Positions 48,101 to 61,469 of a stretch of DNA of 64,000 nucleotides are shown here, piece after piece. The position numbers were made by a program, and so were the translations under genes. The notes under the pieces are model-generated. The model searched no databases, was not told where the DNA came from, and saw only the letters and a list, made by a program, of their open reading frames with translations. The first letter of the stretch is position 1. The number at the start of each line of letters is the position of its first letter. The DNA comes from Fimicolochytrium jonesii (lineage: Eukaryota), in the NCBI RefSeq assembly GCF_025526975.1, contig NW_026515694.1, positions 186,001 through 250,000 of the forward strand. Reading direction: 5' to 3'.

Positions 48101-49056
48101 CTTCCTTGACCCAATGGCAGCTTGTTGACGTCCTCGAATTCTACAACTTCCTCCCCGCCCTCAGCTTTGGCGAATGTATACGAAGATGTGGAAGGTACCT
48201 CAGCACGGTTTGGTTTCGCCCGGCTGGAACTCGTAATCTTAGAAGCGTACGTATTCGAGGGCTTTCCTTGATGAATGGTCTCGGCAGTCTTTCCGGGGCT
48301 CAATCGGGTGTTTCCCGCATGCGGAACCGGTGCGCTGGGGGCTCCACTTTGTTCGAGTGCTTTCTGCTTTTGCTGAAGATTGTAGTCATCCTGCGCACGT
48401 TTCTGATGCGGATCGTGGGAGAATTGACACCGTTCGCCATATAGGCAATAGCCACTATTTTTGAATTTGAAGCACGGCTTCTTTTGGGCTGGCGAAGGGG
48501 CTTGCGGGTCACCATACTCTCTGGGTCGAACACCGGTTCCATGCGTGGGAAACGACGGGTAGAGGCCGCAAATAGGATCCAAAGGAGCTAAACTCGTTGA
48601 AAGTTCCTTACTGGGTGACGCCGCGGTGGATGTACACATGTCGGCAGCCCCAGTACGTTGCTGCTCGGTTGTTGAGAGGCCCGGCACCATCCCAACGTAC
48701 GGCATCTCTCTGTTCGCGGGATTGATCTTCACTTGTGGTGACGTAGTGTTCCTCTGCGGCTTGCTGGCCTTTTTGCTAGGCGAAATACTTCCGTTGCTGG
48801 GCTGTGCGTTCTGTGTAGTTTTATCTCGTCCCCTATGAAGGGTCTTTCCATTTTCTTCAGCTTGACTGAGCTTAGTCCTCGGAAACGCAGGCATCGAGTC
48901 TCCTCGGCCTCGACGGTTCCCTTGGGAACCCGTGTCCGAGTTCTTCGCCGCGAGGTTCGATGCAGGTGACGCTCTGCGAGATACTAAAGGGTCGTTTTTC
49001 CCACAAGAGTCCGCCGACTGAGACCGTCGTCTGCTCTTCGGCGTGCTGTGCTTCAT
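45135..49056 (-). CDS. Large multi-CCCH zinc-finger protein with a C-terminal RRM-like domain and acidic tail
   Basis: CCCH motifs CFKFKNSGYCLYGERCQFSH, CNYFLAHRSCPYGQSCGFEH and CRNYVRGTCLRTRCQFLH, plus one degenerate finger. Spliced RRM-like ALFVLNMPYSSTPKDLNDMIEGFG...SLVRLPTEAEAEEAV. Introns 47105-47044, 45676-45607 and about 45525-45460. Confidence 0.78.
46270..46620 (-). repeat. About 69-bp (23 aa) coding tandem repeat, about 5 copies
   Basis: RKADAAQGVEARNLIEVPPDTNV / RKVDGPQGVDVKSLMKVRPDTSN / RKADASQGVEFEKRMEMVPHTNI / RRADGSTGVEVEKIME. Confidence 0.85.
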
Positions 49057-49773
49057 TGGGACTGGTTGAAAAGCGCAGACCTGCTTCACCTGGCAACGAC
49101 TTTGCGCACTTGTGGCTTGTTCGGCCACCTTCCCACTAAGACATCAACCTGCCAAACGATGGCCCGCGGAGCTTCGTTTCGCGGACAGACCTTCGGTTTG
49201 AGAACGCAATTTTCCACGGAGGTTGTGGGAGGCTCTTGCCTCTTACGTTGGCTATATGTAAATACGTGGCTCTTGGCACAGTCCGATTCCCCCCGTTCTC
49301 CCCGCCCAGACAAGCGGGGGGGGGGGGAACATTCGGCAGCCTGTCAGTTGCAGTCTGACGGCATGTGGCGGAGGAAGTTCGACATCGCGTTGCATTCCCA
49401 CGACTTTATTTACCCAGTCACGTGGTGGCTCTGAGGTTTTTTGTGGAAAGTCGTCGCTGCGTGCAAGTCCTTGGAAGTCTCAACGACGGCGATTTCACTG
49501 ACGTGCGAACAGCGCAACAGAGGTGAAGAACTGTGTGCGAACCTCTATCGTGTATCCGGCTGCTCACTGCTTCCAGTCTTCAGTTCACTTAGTCACATTA
49601 CGTCGCCGAAAGCCGGCATCGTTCGGAATTTTACCACATTTCGACTCGGTTGGACGAAGCACTTCCTTTCCAAACGTCCATCTTCGACGCAATTTGAGAA
49701 ACCACTAGGAAATAAATCCAGCCGCCGGTTCCACAACAGAACTCCAGGAAGCTCCATCGAAAACTCCGCAAGC

Positions 49774-50403
49774 ATGGCTCCACTTTACCACCTCTGCTCG
49801 CAGATACAAAACTCCTTCAAATGGCAACTTCGCCGGATCGCAGTGCCCAACTCGAAACCCAACCGGGCGATATGTCAGATTCTCTACGACGAAGGGTTCG
49901 TCTCTTCCGTGGCGCTGGGCGATGAGACAGGACCTTTCCCTGCCAATGCGCCTGTTTTTACTGGTATAGCGCTACCTCCGAAGGTCGAGGCCGCTCCCAG
50001 AGCCAAACCTTCCCCAACCACACCACCAGCAGGGTTGGCAACCTCGCCATCACCACAACCGACGTCCACACCCTCATCCTCCTCCTCCGCCACCCCCAAC
50101 CGGAAATCCGCACTCGTCACACCACCGCCGAACCCCGCCCGCCTCCGCATTTGGCTGGACCTAAAATACAAGCACTCCCGCCCCGTCCTCTCCCGCATGT
50201 CCGTAGTCTCGAAACCCTCTCGACGCGTGTATGCATCGCTGCGTGAGCTGCAGGCCGTTGCCGCGGCAAGACGTGCGGGCCCGTTATTGAAGGGGCAGGA
50301 GGTTGGGCAGATTACGATTCTGGATACGCCGTATGGGATCATTGAGTTGAAGGAGGCGTTGAAGCAGGAGGTTGGAGGCGAAGTGCTTTGCATCGCTGTT
50401 TAG
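49774..50403 (+). CDS. MRPS8: Mitochondrial ribosomal protein uS8m
   Basis: LCSQIQN, ILYDEGFVSSV, RIWLDLKY....PVLS.M..VSKPSRRVY, T.YGIIE..EA....VGGEVLC. Pro/Ser/Thr-rich internal insertion. Confidence 0.92.
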   Translation: MAPLYHLCSQIQNSFKWQLRRIAVPNSKPNRAICQILYDEGFVSSVALGDETGPFPANAPVFTGIALPPKVEAAPRAKPSPTTPPAGLATSPSPQPTSTPSSSSSATPNRKSALVTPPPNPARLRIWLDLKYKHSRPVLSRMSVVSKPSRRVYASLRELQAVAAARRAGPLLKGQEVGQITILDTPYGIIELKEALKQEVGGEVLCIAV

Positions 50404-51213
50404 AGTATAAGGATCCTGCGTACCTTCGTGGTGGGCGGGTCATCCTCCAGGGTTTGGTCGTGAGACGGATCATGGCGGTATTGGCCAGGCTAAATACAGC
50501 CGGGCTTTCCCTGTCTGCACTTAGAGCCACGCCATTCTGTATGTCTCCTTTGAGACTTGTACATGTACACAGTCCTTCTTATCATTATTATTCTGGCACT
50601 CATTCTTACCATCATACACACATCCCTGAGAACCTTATGCTTTTTGGAATTGGCTTCAGAATGATTCCACAGCGATGGCGACTGCCAAGTTTGAACTTCT
50701 TTCAGCTTCCGCAAATGATGACACCCGAATAATACAATACCAGTTCGAATCGTAAACACGAATATGTACAGACAAGCGGCCCGGTGGCAATATGGAGCGC
50801 AGCAGTGCTTGCAGTTACAGAGGTATGGAGCTTACAATGGAGCTCAAAGGGATGAGAGGGGAAATAAGAGAAAGGGGAGCGGGGAGATATTTCGGAAAGG
50901 AAGAACGGAGATTTTTTGTGGATTTGAAATGCACGGGGTTTGAGAGAGGAAGGGGGTGACTTTTTTTGGGGGGAACGGGCGATTTTGTAGTAATTTTGAA
51001 GTTGTGACGAAAGGCGTATATTTGGGGAGAGATGTTGTTGGTTGTGACCTTGCCGTTGCGGGACTCGCCGATGCGTGCCGACAGATACGTGGCGCGAGAT
51101 GTGATATCATCGGCAAGGTGGCCAGGTTGCGGCACATACTCGTCGCAGCGACTTACGAACTGTAGGTTGAGCTTGCAGAGACCCGTGGCTTTCGACAGAA
51201 AGAAGGGAACTTC

Positions 51214-52621
51214 TCAATATTCGCCTTGCTGGCCTTCTTCGGCAGGCTGCTCGCTCTTAGCCAATCGCCTCTGCTTCTCGGCTTCAAGCTGGTTGTAGAT
51301 CATCTCCAACGCAATCTTGGTTCCCTCCGCCGATCCTGTGATGGTGACGGTACGCGTGGTTTGACCTTCCTGCTGCTCGTTGATGCGGAGTCTGGCATTG
51401 GAGGACTTGCGAATCTGATTGATGAAGGAGCCGCTGCGACCGATGATGGCGCCCACCACATCGTTCGGGACCGCAATGGTTTGAACATGCTGGTCAGGGC
51501 CGGTGGTGTCGTTGGAGATGACGTGGAGGCCGTTGCTACCGCTAGGAATGTCGTTCTGCGGTCCACCGGAAGCCGGTCCCCGTTGTCCGTGGCGACCTCG
51601 CGGTCCGTTGTGCGTTCCCTCGCCGTAGCTGCCTCGGCGGCCTCGGCGTTCGCCCGACCGCAAGCCGTTGTCATTGGCATACTGGTCGTTGTATCCACGC
51701 TGGTACTGGCGCGCATGTCGGTTCTCAGGGTAGTAGTAAATGGTGCCAGCGGCCCTTGCAATATCGTTCAAGATGCATTCTGAGATCTGCTCAACAGCGG
51801 TTTGACTGCAAGACAATAGTTTTAGTAAGTGTGTCGCTTCTTAATCTGCGCACTTCGATATTCATACTCACATGGCGTCGGCGTTGCCGTAAATATCAAT
51901 AACTCGTTCAGTTGACTGGGGGAGCATGTCCTTGGAGACTGTAATCTTGGCGCCAGATTGTTCCTGGATGTCGCGAATGCGGGACCCTCCTTTGCCAATG
52001 ATGGAGCCCATCAGCTGGTGGGAAACCAACAAGTGAATGTTCGCAGTGTCGGATTGCACCGGTTCGCGTTGTCGAGAGTTCTCAATAGGGTTTTCAATGA
52101 GATGTTTGGCTACAAGATAGAACCCCTGACAACAATCGAGAGTATGACGTTTAGAATGTTGGCATAGGTGCAGGAGAAATGCCAAAACTAACTCATACCT
52201 TGGCGAGAGACTCGACCGTTCCGGATACAGTCAAAATGCGCTCATGCACACCATGGATCACTTTGCTTACTCCTGCCTTGACACCGGCAACGTCACGGAT
52301 TTCCGCAACGTTCTTTCCGCCCTTTCCTATTATAACACCCGCTTCGCGAGTGCTCACAACAGCCCTGAGGGTCAAAGGAGCGTTACCGTCGGTTTCAGCA
52401 GTCTCGTCAGCGTGGTACTCCCCGTCCTCGGCAGAGTTCGGTGCTGCGTCCGCGGCAGGTGCCTCAATGGAAGTGGTAGCGCCGGCGGCGTTCTTGGACC
52501 CAGGTTGTGGAGAGGCAGCGTTGTGATGGTGTGGGGGGAACTCGGGATCAAGTGACAAACCAGTCAATCTGACCATCGGATCGTCGTCGTACGGGCTGGA
52601 GCGGCGGGCTTTGGAAGTCAT
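51214..52621 (-). CDS. Triple-KH-domain RNA-binding protein (Pbp2/Hek2/Rnc1, hnRNP K/PCBP family)
   Basis: KH GxxG loops GVIIGKGGKNV, GSIIGKGGSRI and GAIIGRSGSFI; LPQSTERV. Two introns. Confidence 0.92.
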
Positions 52622-53908
52622 GTCGTGCAGTTGAGCTCGCGCAAAGTCGGAAGGACACTACTGAGGGGAGATCAGGAAACAACAAGGGTTCTCCACAGAA
52701 CAGATCTGGAAGTCGAAGTCGACAAAAGAAGGTGTGACGCTGGCGACTAAGAACTGGGGAAAGCAAGAAGCGGGATGCAGCTTGCTGGTTGAGCGACTAG
52801 ATAGGAGGGATCAGGAGGATCGGGGGTTAGGGGACTGGGAAAGGGTCTCCTGTGGGACAATGTGGGAAAGGGTCTGAGAAGGTCAGAGTTCATCGGTGTC
52901 GGTCTCCCGAGGTTTTGTTATTGCTCGTCTACGGACTAATGCAACGCACGTGATCGTCGGACACAAAGTGGTCCAATTTAAGCGTTCTTTTTTGACATCC
53001 CGCCATCCATCTCACTAATTGACCTGCGCTTCCGTTGGGGTCCATCAATCGTTGGCAACTGCCTCTACCGACCACTGAAACAGAGTACGTAGCTTCACGA
53101 CTCTTACTTACTCCACTGAGCGATGCGGATGTGCCGCGTATTCATGCGCAAACAGCTATCGCATTCCGGCATGAACGATTAATGCTCTACAACCAGAGGC
53201 TATTCGGATAGTATGAGTCAGGCTCGCCCAAAAACCATTTGAATCCGAGGACCGTCAGTATGAAAGAACTCCTGAGCATGCCGGACAAGCTAGCATGACC
53301 TCCACCACAGGGGACTCTGCGAACTCCCAGCGAGTTTCCGATAGGACATCCAAGCAAGCCTGCATCAACCTCCTCCTACGATCATGATTCCTCTTGTAGC
53401 GCTCCGAATGACTCGCCTCTGGGCTCCAATTGAACCCGCACCATCGGACACATCTGGACGACGCGGGCCTGTAATTGGACGGATTGACCTGATGTCTTCG
53501 TGCCCAAAGCACGGCCTGCAAGGCGAGAGAACAGACGCACCCACCCAACTGACGGAAAGGTGATCCGACTTCCAAATGGCAGCTTGTCGTCGTCGGCGCG
53601 GAGTCCGCTCCACCTCCAAGATCCTGCCTGAATCAGTGAATCCCACCCACCATTTTGTCGAGACGCGCGGATGATGGGCGGATGATGGGCGGGAAACAGT
53701 GCGGTCATCGAAAACGCGCCGCAACTCTTTTTGCGGCTTTGGAAACTGCCAACTGGGCTTCACCTTCAAGCTCTCGAGTCAATCTGAACGCAATCGGTGT
53801 GACGGGACCGCTTATTCCAACGCTAGGAAAAAGGCAGTTTACTCGCTCGAACAAGGAGCAAATAGCTCAGCTGACTAGGCCGTTTCTCGGAGGTGCTACC
53901 TGTGGAAG

Positions 53909-56900
53909 ATGTTCTACACGTGAGACCTCTGTTTGCTCAGTTTTTCCCTCTTCGTCCGCCGAGTTTCTTACAAACATACGGCCATCGTTATAGCTTTGAG
54001 GAGGAACAGTTCAGCGAGCTAGACCTGTTCGAGGAAGCTGCTAGCGTGGTGTCGGTTGGTCCCAACCAAGAGTCGGCTCTGCAAGCATGCATTTCTTTGT
54101 CATCGCCAACCATCGCCAACTATCACGCCAAGCGTGAGCAGTCAAAGCCACATGACCGAGACCCTGAGGTTGGTTTGTAGAGGTTTACGTAGTGCGACGG
54201 AATGGGGATCTGCTCACAATTGAGGCGTTCATGTCACTTCTCAGAAATACTTCAAAGAAACCGGCTATTCCGCGCTTCTACAGTATGTCATCTCATCCAA
54301 AGGAGCCCACAGTGAAGTCATTGTGCCCCTCTGTTTGGAATGCTTGGACCTCCTCCAAGTGATTGTCAACGAAGAGGTCGCCGGATTCGAAGGTGGGCTT
54401 TCGACGACCTTGGGATCGCATGGCACGGCGACTGACGTCCTCGTCGTGTAGATTACGCCTTGATTGAAACCTTTGTTGACCAGACTGCCCACCGGCTCCT
54501 TACTGTCGCTGAATTGAGCCAAAATGTGCGAAAAGAGATTCTGGACGTGATTTGGGGATGGGCTACTGGATTCGTGGAGCTTGTCATTCGAAACCAATGT
54601 GAGTGGCGGCGAGTTGATCTTGGTTACGATCCAGTCTCATCCGGCTATTTCACAGCTGCCTGGAAGTTTCAATGTGGACTTGCCGGTCTCGCCGGGGTCT
54701 TGGCTGCTCTGATCAAATCTCGGGCCGATTTTCAACGATCATACATGGTCACTCTTACCGAGATCACAGCAGCACTACTTGATTTCGGTCCTTTCAAGTT
54801 CCTGCATGGAGAAGGAGAGCCGCATTATTCGGCGTGGAGCGCCAGTGGAGGATTCGAGAGAGCGGTCTATAAAGTCTTCCACAATCTGTTCGAGTTCGGC
54901 AAGATCCTACTGTTGAGCATGCTGGAGATTGATGGCCAAAAGAGTGCCACTCAGTCGGCACAGTGGGAAGGGCTACTGGATGCAGAGTCTCGCATTAGCA
55001 CGGCCAACGGAGAGGAGCAGGTGGCCATTCGCACGTTGTATGGTCTCTGTTGGAGGTTATACTCGCATCGAACTGCCAACCTGGAAGCTGATGATGTGCA
55101 GGCAGAGGAGATCAAGACACTGCTACCTGCGGTCGTGAAATGCGGGATCTTGTGCACCATGCATGTCGATGATCTGAAGCAAAACCTTCTTGGACATGTT
55201 TCCGGCATATTGACGAAACACAACGCCTTTTTCAGTCCCGCACTCGTCATTACCTGTTTGGAGAGTCTGACCTTAGTGATTGACCATGTCCCGGCTCTCA
55301 AGCCGACAGTGATTGAGACCTTGTTGTCCTTCATCTGTCTGCCGTCGCCCGTATTCTTGGAGTGGCATCATGATTCCAACTCTTGCGCTGCACTTCGACA
55401 GTGCGTTGGTTACCTACTATTGCAGAATCTCAAAGTAAGGAGACGATGCCTGATGACAGTTCGTTCGCTACAATTGTGCTCACATATTGTGTTATAGGGA
55501 ACGGATGGCAAAGATGCCATCATTTCTGTTAAAGCCAAGTGCATCACGATCATGTCCGGTCAACCTTTGGATGGAGATGGCAAGAAGGGGTGGTTGACCC
55601 CTCAGCAAAAGAAAATGGCTCAGGTCAACTGCACAGTAGCTGTAGCCACTATATCCGTGCTCCTGTCCGAGGAGGAGACTGTAGATGTAGTCAAGCGAGG
55701 CTTCGAGGGGCCTTTGGGGGATCCGAGTTTCAAGGACCATGATGTGTTCTGGGACTCGCTTGGCAACATCGGTTTAAATTCCGGAGTGCAGCTTTTAAGC
55801 TCGATCTATGGGCTGTACAAAAAGCATCGCACTGTCAAGGTAATGGTAGGATGTAGGCTTGTTGCTAATATTTCGCTCAACGGGCTCGTCCATTGTATAG
55901 AGCACCCGGATAAGACAGATTCTAGCTCGCGAAGCTGCCAAATCAGCTGATTCCGCGGCCACATTCTTGGAGGATACTTTGAAGGCCTTCACAGAATGCG
56001 CATCTGGTATGCGCGAGAAGGTGAGCGTATGAAGTATCGGGAATCAGGTGTGTTATGCTGCCGCTGCTGATACAGACATAAAACTAGGATGCATCTGCTC
56101 TGAAGGACCTTTACGACCACGCTTGGGTCGCCAGCATTCTCTGCGAGGACGTGGAGTTTCACAAAAGGGACCAAAACATCGTGGAGACCAACTTCATCTT
56201 CCGAGACTTCTGGCTGTGCGCGATTGCTCGGCTGTTGGGACAGGATGGAAAGTGGCCAGCTGGTTGGGCTGGCATCTTGCAGGCCATCGCGCTCAAAACT
56301 CCCTGCTTTGCGCTCTCGTCGCAAGAACGATTTCTCGAAGAAGACCTTCGCACCCAGTCCGTCATGGAGAAGATCGTTGGCGCAGAAGTCCAACAAAGAG
56401 TTCGCACATGTCTTCAGACAGCGTTTACTGAGCGCTATTCAGCCTCCAAGACGCTCAGCTTTGCCAAATGCACGTATCTTCTCGCAGTGAGAGAAGTCGA
56501 GCGGTTCAAAGCCAAGAACTTGGCACCGCTCACGATCCTGAAGTATCTCAATCATGACCGTTTGTACAACGACGAGGTTTACGATTTCTTACTCAGCATC
56601 GGCGATGACGTTATTGGCGTTTTCATTCGGGCTTGCTCCCTGAAGAAGGACGTCCCACCGCCTTTGATCGCGGATCAGCTCAAACAGTTGCTTTTTATGG
56701 CTGCCTCGAGATTGGAGCGTGCGAGAGCGTTTGCGGCAAACTCCGTGTATCGCATCTTACGGGCGTTCCCGGCTTTGGTGTGGCACCGAAAATCCGTCGG
56801 TCTGATGCTCGACCTGCTGCAGTGTCTTGACACGGAATCACAGCCTAGTGCCACCAGAACCGAAACTCTACGCGGCAAAATTGGACGAAAGCTGGATTTG

Positions 56901-59900
56901 CTCAATGAGTACGATGTGCAGGCCGCTTCCCAAGATTTCTTCGACTTCTGCGTCCGTTGGACAAAATTGGCCTTCCAAAGATCTGCGAGCGAGACTGTCG
57001 GCCTCATTCAGGTGAGCTCGGTGCTTAGAACTATCATCGTGGAACGCGCCAAATGCTCATATAGATACTGTGACGCAGGGATATATGGTTGACATCCAGA
57101 CGAACTTCCCTGAACTTGCGATTGGCGAGAAGTCACAGCTCGTAACGCTCCTTGGCCGGTTCTGCAGCAGTGAAGGTAATTTTGGCCAACTCTATGCGAT
57201 TGTGAGTAGTGTTCGGAGCTGAGCATACCAAATACTTCTAGATATCGCTGCCATGATCATCAAATCTGTTGGCAAGCATGCACTCTACTACGGAGAGGTC
57301 CGCGGAATGTTAAAGGCCGGATATCAGACAGGCCGCGACCAAAAGGCAGTGCAGGAACGTGTCGCAAAGGATCTTTGCAGAGAGTTGCGCTCGGTTGTCA
57401 GTGCGCCGAAACATCCTCAATTCGCGCTCAACCTGCACCCCGCACTGCATCGTGCAGCCGCTATGGCTCTGTTGATGGATGGAGGCGAGGATGAGCTTCT
57501 GGAACTCATATGCTGGACGCCAATCACGGTGTTCACACCTGCGGTTATGGATATGGCCATCTCTGTTTGGAGTCTTCTCATGTCGGCGCGAGCTGAGCTG
57601 GGAGCACGGGTCATGGGATATCTAGTCGCTGTGTGGGAGACAACGGCTATGGAACGCAAAGGGCTTTACCGTACAATGACACGGTCGGCGAACCCGTTCT
57701 ATTCGAAGATGACTTACACACCTTCGAAGCCCTCGCAAGACACGCTTTCGGACTCTCAGGCCTTGTCGATACATTTAAGCTGGATCCGATTCCTACTAGA
57801 CAGATTCAAGTCTGCTCGTGTGCAGTCCGTGGATCATGTGAAGTTCTTTTGCAAGCTTTACTACATTGCGCATGAGCATGCAACATCCATCAAGTAAGAT
57901 TGTCTGTGATCTTGTACAATGCTACTTGGTGCTCTCTAACTCCTCCATCGTAGGCGGACCTGGTTCAATCGAGAAGCCTACTTCTCGCTCGTGACGCTTG
58001 GAGCTCAGATTGCTGAGCACCTCAGTGGCAACGGAGATCCCGCCGGCTACATTATGTGGTCCAATGTGGTCGAAGATGCCCTGAGATGGTTCTCCGGTCC
58101 TTCAGTGTACGGACAGGTGGATAGAAATGAGCTCGACGTCATCATCAATTTCCATACCCTGATCAAGGGAATGAACGTCAACGGGAGCAAGCCGACCGTC
58201 CTCGAAGTGCCGAGCGCCAGGTATATGAAGATCGCGTGGTTGACCCCCTCTCCAAGCGGGAGAGTTCAGTTAATCGACGCGAAGAATCTGCTCGTGCTCA
58301 TGCTCGAAAACGAAATACACCGACTGGCCGCCTGGCTCAACCCGCTCAATGACAAACGGGAGCGAGTGTCAGATGTGCCGCCTACGATCGACTATGGCAC
58401 GAACTACCTTCAGACGCTAAGACATGCTTGGGCCATTGATCCCCATGTTGCTCTGGAGTTTGGATCTCGTTTCAAGGGCGTGGATTCCATCGAACCGGCG
58501 CTCACGGCTCTTATATATTCGTCGCCTGCATCCGTTCTCGATTCTCCTGAAGCATTGCCGTTCATCTTGGTCAATGCGGAGAAACCAACGCTGGACCCGC
58601 AGTTGAGGGTATGTCATCAATCCTTGTTCCTCGCTTGAATTTGTCGGTTGTATCTGACTCCCTTCGGTAGTACCTTCTCCATTGGACAGCCGTTCCGCCG
58701 ATTACTGCCGTCTCCTTGTTGGGCCAGCAATACAAGATGCATCCATGGATCTTGCAGTATGCTGTTCGCGTGCTCGAACACTTCCCGGTCGAACACGTAT
58801 TCTTCTATATTCCTCAAATGGTGCAAGCGCTGCGTTATGATACCGTTGGTACGAGATCAAAACTTCTTCAATGCTTGCTCACTTCCGCTTCATACGTGTA
58901 CTGACATTCCTTGGTTCCCTCGTGAAAGGTTACATTGAACACTTCATCCTATCGGCAGCGAGGACATCTCAGCTTTTCGCGCATCAAATCATTTGGAACA
59001 TGAACGCGAACATGTATAAGTTCGACAAAGAAGGACAAGCCGATGCTGTAAGTAGATGATTCCTATACGCTGAACTGCTTGAACGCATGTATTAATGTCC
59101 CTCCAACAGCCCGATTCGCTCAAACCAACCCTCGAGAGAGTGCAATCTAAAATCATTGCCAGTCTATCGGGCAACGACAAGAACTTCTTCGAGAGGGAGA
59201 TCTCTTTCTTCAGTGAGGTCACTGGAATCTCCGGGAAACTCAAACCGCTGGTTGAACGAGGGGCCACGAAAGCCGAAAAGAAGGCCAAGATCGATGAAGA
59301 GATGGACAAGGTGAAGGTGGACGTTGGCGTGTACCTGCCTACCAACCCGGAAGGCATCATTCTGGACATCGACAAGAAGTCCGGAAGACCGCTGCAAAGT
59401 CACGCGAAGGCGCCGTTCATGGCGACGTTTCAGGTCGCCAGTGTTGATGAGGAGAACGACGACTCGACACCAGCAGATACTTCTAACGACAACGGTGCTA
59501 GCAAGGAGCTGACGCCTGCTGCTACCCGGTGGATGTCCGCCATCTTCAAAGTTGGAGATGATTGTCGACAAGATGTCCTGGCGCTCCAGTTGATCAGCAT
59601 TTTCAAGAGTATCTTCAGCAAGTCGGGGTTGGACCTTTACGTGTTCCCATACCGTGTGGTCGCAACTGCCCCAGGGTGCGGGGTCATTGAGGTGATTCCG
59701 AAGTCCGTTTCCCGTGACATGATGGGACGCGAGCAAGTGAACAGTCTTTATGAGTGGTTCATCCGTTCCTTTGGCAAAGAGGACTCGGTGAGCTTCCGTC
59801 AAGCCCAGACCGAGTTCATCAAGAGTTTGGCAGCATATTCCGTCATCATGTTCCTGCTACAATTCAAAGACCGTCACAATGGGAATATTATGTTCGACGA

Positions 59901-60637
59901 TGACGGTCATGTGGTTCATATCGGTACGTATGAGTATACGGTTATGAGTTTTCACTACGTGAACTGAACGGTACCTTCTCTGGCGATGCAGATTTTGGCT
60001 TCATGCTGTCTATTGCTCCTGGAGGCGGTATTCTGGAGCCTGCACCTTTCAAGCTCACCCACGAAATGGTACAAGTGCTGGGTGGCGATGCCCATACGCC
60101 CAAGTACCGCCTATTCTCCCAATTGGTGGTGAAAGCGTATCTGGCTTGCAGGTACGTCATGATTATGATGAAGTCGAATGTGGCTATGCTAAACGCTAAA
60201 TCCATACATCTGTTCTACAGGCCGTACGCAGAGGAGATTGTCCAAATGGTATCCCTCATGATGGATTCAGGACTCCCTTGCTTCAGAGGTACGGCCTCCA
60301 TCTCGAACAGGCCTCGGGGATCCGCTTTCCATATTTCCTATCTTATCCTTTTCTAACGCCGATCACGTCGTCTACCTATACAACAGGGGATATGACCATT
60401 CGGAAGCTGCGCGAGCGATTCTTGCCGGGCAAAACCGAGCGACAAGCTGCCGACTTCATGGTCTCTTGCATTCGTACATCCCACGAGAACACGCGAAGGT
60501 AAGAGTCCCGTTGCCAACCGTCGAGGCTTGCGTTTTTTTCCGCCGGGAGTCCGTTATCTCACATGTTCCTCGATTCTCTGGTTCCCAGCGGCCTCTACGA
60601 TCGCTTCCAGTACATCCAAAACGGAATCCCGTACTAG
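53909..60637 (+). CDS. STT4: Phosphatidylinositol 4-kinase type III alpha
   Basis: FFYIPQMVQALRYD, SQLFAHQIIWNM, GVYLPTNP, SGRPLQSHAKAPF, IFKVGDDCRQDVLALQ, QFKDRHNGNIM, HIDFGF, FQYIQNGIPY*. Many introns; the start exon is inferred. Confidence 0.95.
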
Positions 60638-60687
60638 AAACCTCATCATTCTTCACCACGTCCCCGGATAATCGTTGCTGCATTCCA

Positions 60688-61341
60688 TCACCCCGACAAC
60701 CTCTTCTGTCGTTCTTCCTCCAATCGTCGACGAGTCTCCGCACCCATGGCATCCAACTGCTGTTGCACAACACGCCTTTGATATCGACAAAACTCCCTGT
60801 ATAGGAAGCAAGGCTTCATCAATCTCTTGTAAATAGACACATGTGCATATGACTATTACCGATCTATCTGCAATGAAAAAACCTGTCTGCAACACCACCA
60901 TCAAACGCACCATGATATTGTGGACACCACACCGAACGTCATGAAACCCCAATTCCCAGCCGATAGCGCTCGCCCTGGTGATTGGTCGTCACTATATGAA
61001 ACCGTTTTGTCAAGTGCCGGAAATCGTACTTACGGGACACCACAAAACGAGTAACTCCGATAGCTGACCCTGCTCCAATTCCGTAGAGAAGGCCTTTGAC
61101 GGCGCAGGGTGACTTTGTCACATTTGCAAGCTTGAACTCCTCTGCCTCTATCCCCTAGTAGGAGCGCAAACGCATTGCTGTTAGAAAAGCCGGCATTCGA
61201 CTTTTTGGCGTAGAGGTCACGTACCTTTACGACATCGACGAACGAGGGCGGCTTTGATGGGTCGAAGTCAAACGGTATTCCAGGCCGAGGTGACGCACCC
61301 TCGGCTGCTGTGTTAGGTTCCGGGTTCGTTGGGGTGGACAT
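60688..61341 (-). CDS. COX20: Cytochrome c oxidase assembly factor Cox20
   Basis: PCAVKGLLYGIGAGSAIGVTRF...A.NWGFMTFGVVSTISWEFCRYQRR. Three introns; ends RLSG*. Confidence 0.88.
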
Positions 61342-61469
61342 TGTCTTATATCCGTGCGTCTTTCTACAACAAAACGCAAGCTTCCCCACCTCGGAGAAAC
61401 GTTGAACAGCTTTTGAAGAGGCGGAGGAGGAATGCCGCGTCTCCACAACCCCTCGCGACGCTCCAGAAA

